A stretch of 64,000 nt of DNA from Macrostomum hystrix. Its lineage: Eukaryota > Animalia > Platyhelminthes. The stretch covers positions 992,001 through 1,056,000 of the forward strand of contig CATNEN010000034.1 of the NCBI GenBank assembly GCA_950097015.1, given 5' to 3'. Positions 63,250 through 64,000 of the stretch are shown here, one piece after another (the first letter of the stretch is position 1; each line of letters opens with the position of its first letter). Below the pieces are notes generated by a model. The model was not told where the DNA came from. It made no database searches and saw only the letters and a program-made list of their open reading frames with translations. Both the position numbers and the translations under genes were made by a program.

Positions 63250-64000
63250 AGTACATGAACAGACCATTAGCAAGCGCAAAATCTTAAAGTTGCAGCATCC
63301 GCCTTGTGTCAGTATTTCATAAATGGCTGCAAACCATGATTAAAGGCAGATTTTAACAGAATATGGAACTTGCTATTTAATTTTTAGCAAGCAGAAAAGC
63401 AACTTAGAAAGTAAGTAAGTGAATAAAGTGTTAAGGGATTGTTGATCTTTTACTTTTAAAAAGTACCAAAACCAGAAACCGAATCAATGTGTACTCCAGT
63501 ACCGGGCTGACTACTATGCTCACCTGACAGAACTCAAAACTGAATATCCAGGAGGGGAGGGAAGGAGGGCGAACCGGCGACGATGAGCTCTGGGCTTGGG
63601 GGGCAAATTTGTCCAAAATCAGCTAATATTTGTCTCCATTATCTTTCCCTCCTGCCTATTTGCCCACGGAACAGGTGCGCTGGCAAGAAGCGATAAGGGA
63701 GGAGAGATGAGGCAAGAAATGAGGTCCGCAGCTGCTCAGCTGGTGACACCTCTGTAAGCTGTCACGTGCAGCAGTTGTTGAGGCGAGGCCGCCATAACTA
63801 ATGTTTCAGTTTTCCTTATGAGCTCGGATCTTGAAGTGCGAGCATGATTTTACAGTTATCGCAACTGATTACGACAGGAAAAAGCTGAACGAAATTTCTT
63901 TTGTTTTAATTCTGTAGCCATAGAAACAGATGCTTCACCGGCCTACTAAGCAGTAAAAAATTGGTATGTAGGTCACCAAGTTTTACTACTCATATGTATT

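Overview
Eukaryotic (metazoan) genomic DNA with GC-rich exons, AT-rich GT-AG introns and a very heavy minisatellite load (15 unrelated arrays, about 13.5 kb or about 21% of the window). The style resembles the flatworm Macrostomum, but that is inference, not identification. Reconstructable genes, in order: a ~1690-aa Q/H/A-rich C2H2 zinc-finger protein (+, 2 coding exons); a highly divergent 7-exon cullin (-); a SENP6/7-like SUMO protease (+); two head-to-head MAP2K paralogs (- and +) sharing a 152-bp near-identical tract; RPL39 (+); SLC12A8 (+); mitochondrial MRPL14 (+, 5' exon uncertain). Mobile DNA: two decayed RTE-like LINEs, a 5'-truncated Mag-type Ty3/Gypsy element with only its 3' LTR, a foldback/MITE-like element, a Merlin (IS1016/IS1595-like) transposon whose catalytic motif is interrupted by a palindromic insertion, and three fragments of one tRNA-derived SINE family. 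Strongest leads: the divergent cullin, apparent gene conversion between the inverted MAP2K genes, an ATG-less phase-0 first exon compatible with a spliced-leader AUG plus a possible MAP2K-RPL39-SLC12A8 operon, and clustered over-representation of the TAGGCCTA palindrome. Most long repetitive ORFs in the track are artefacts of stop-free repeat units. No CRISPR array or rRNA was seen. All gene models and counts were derived by eye, with no searches run.
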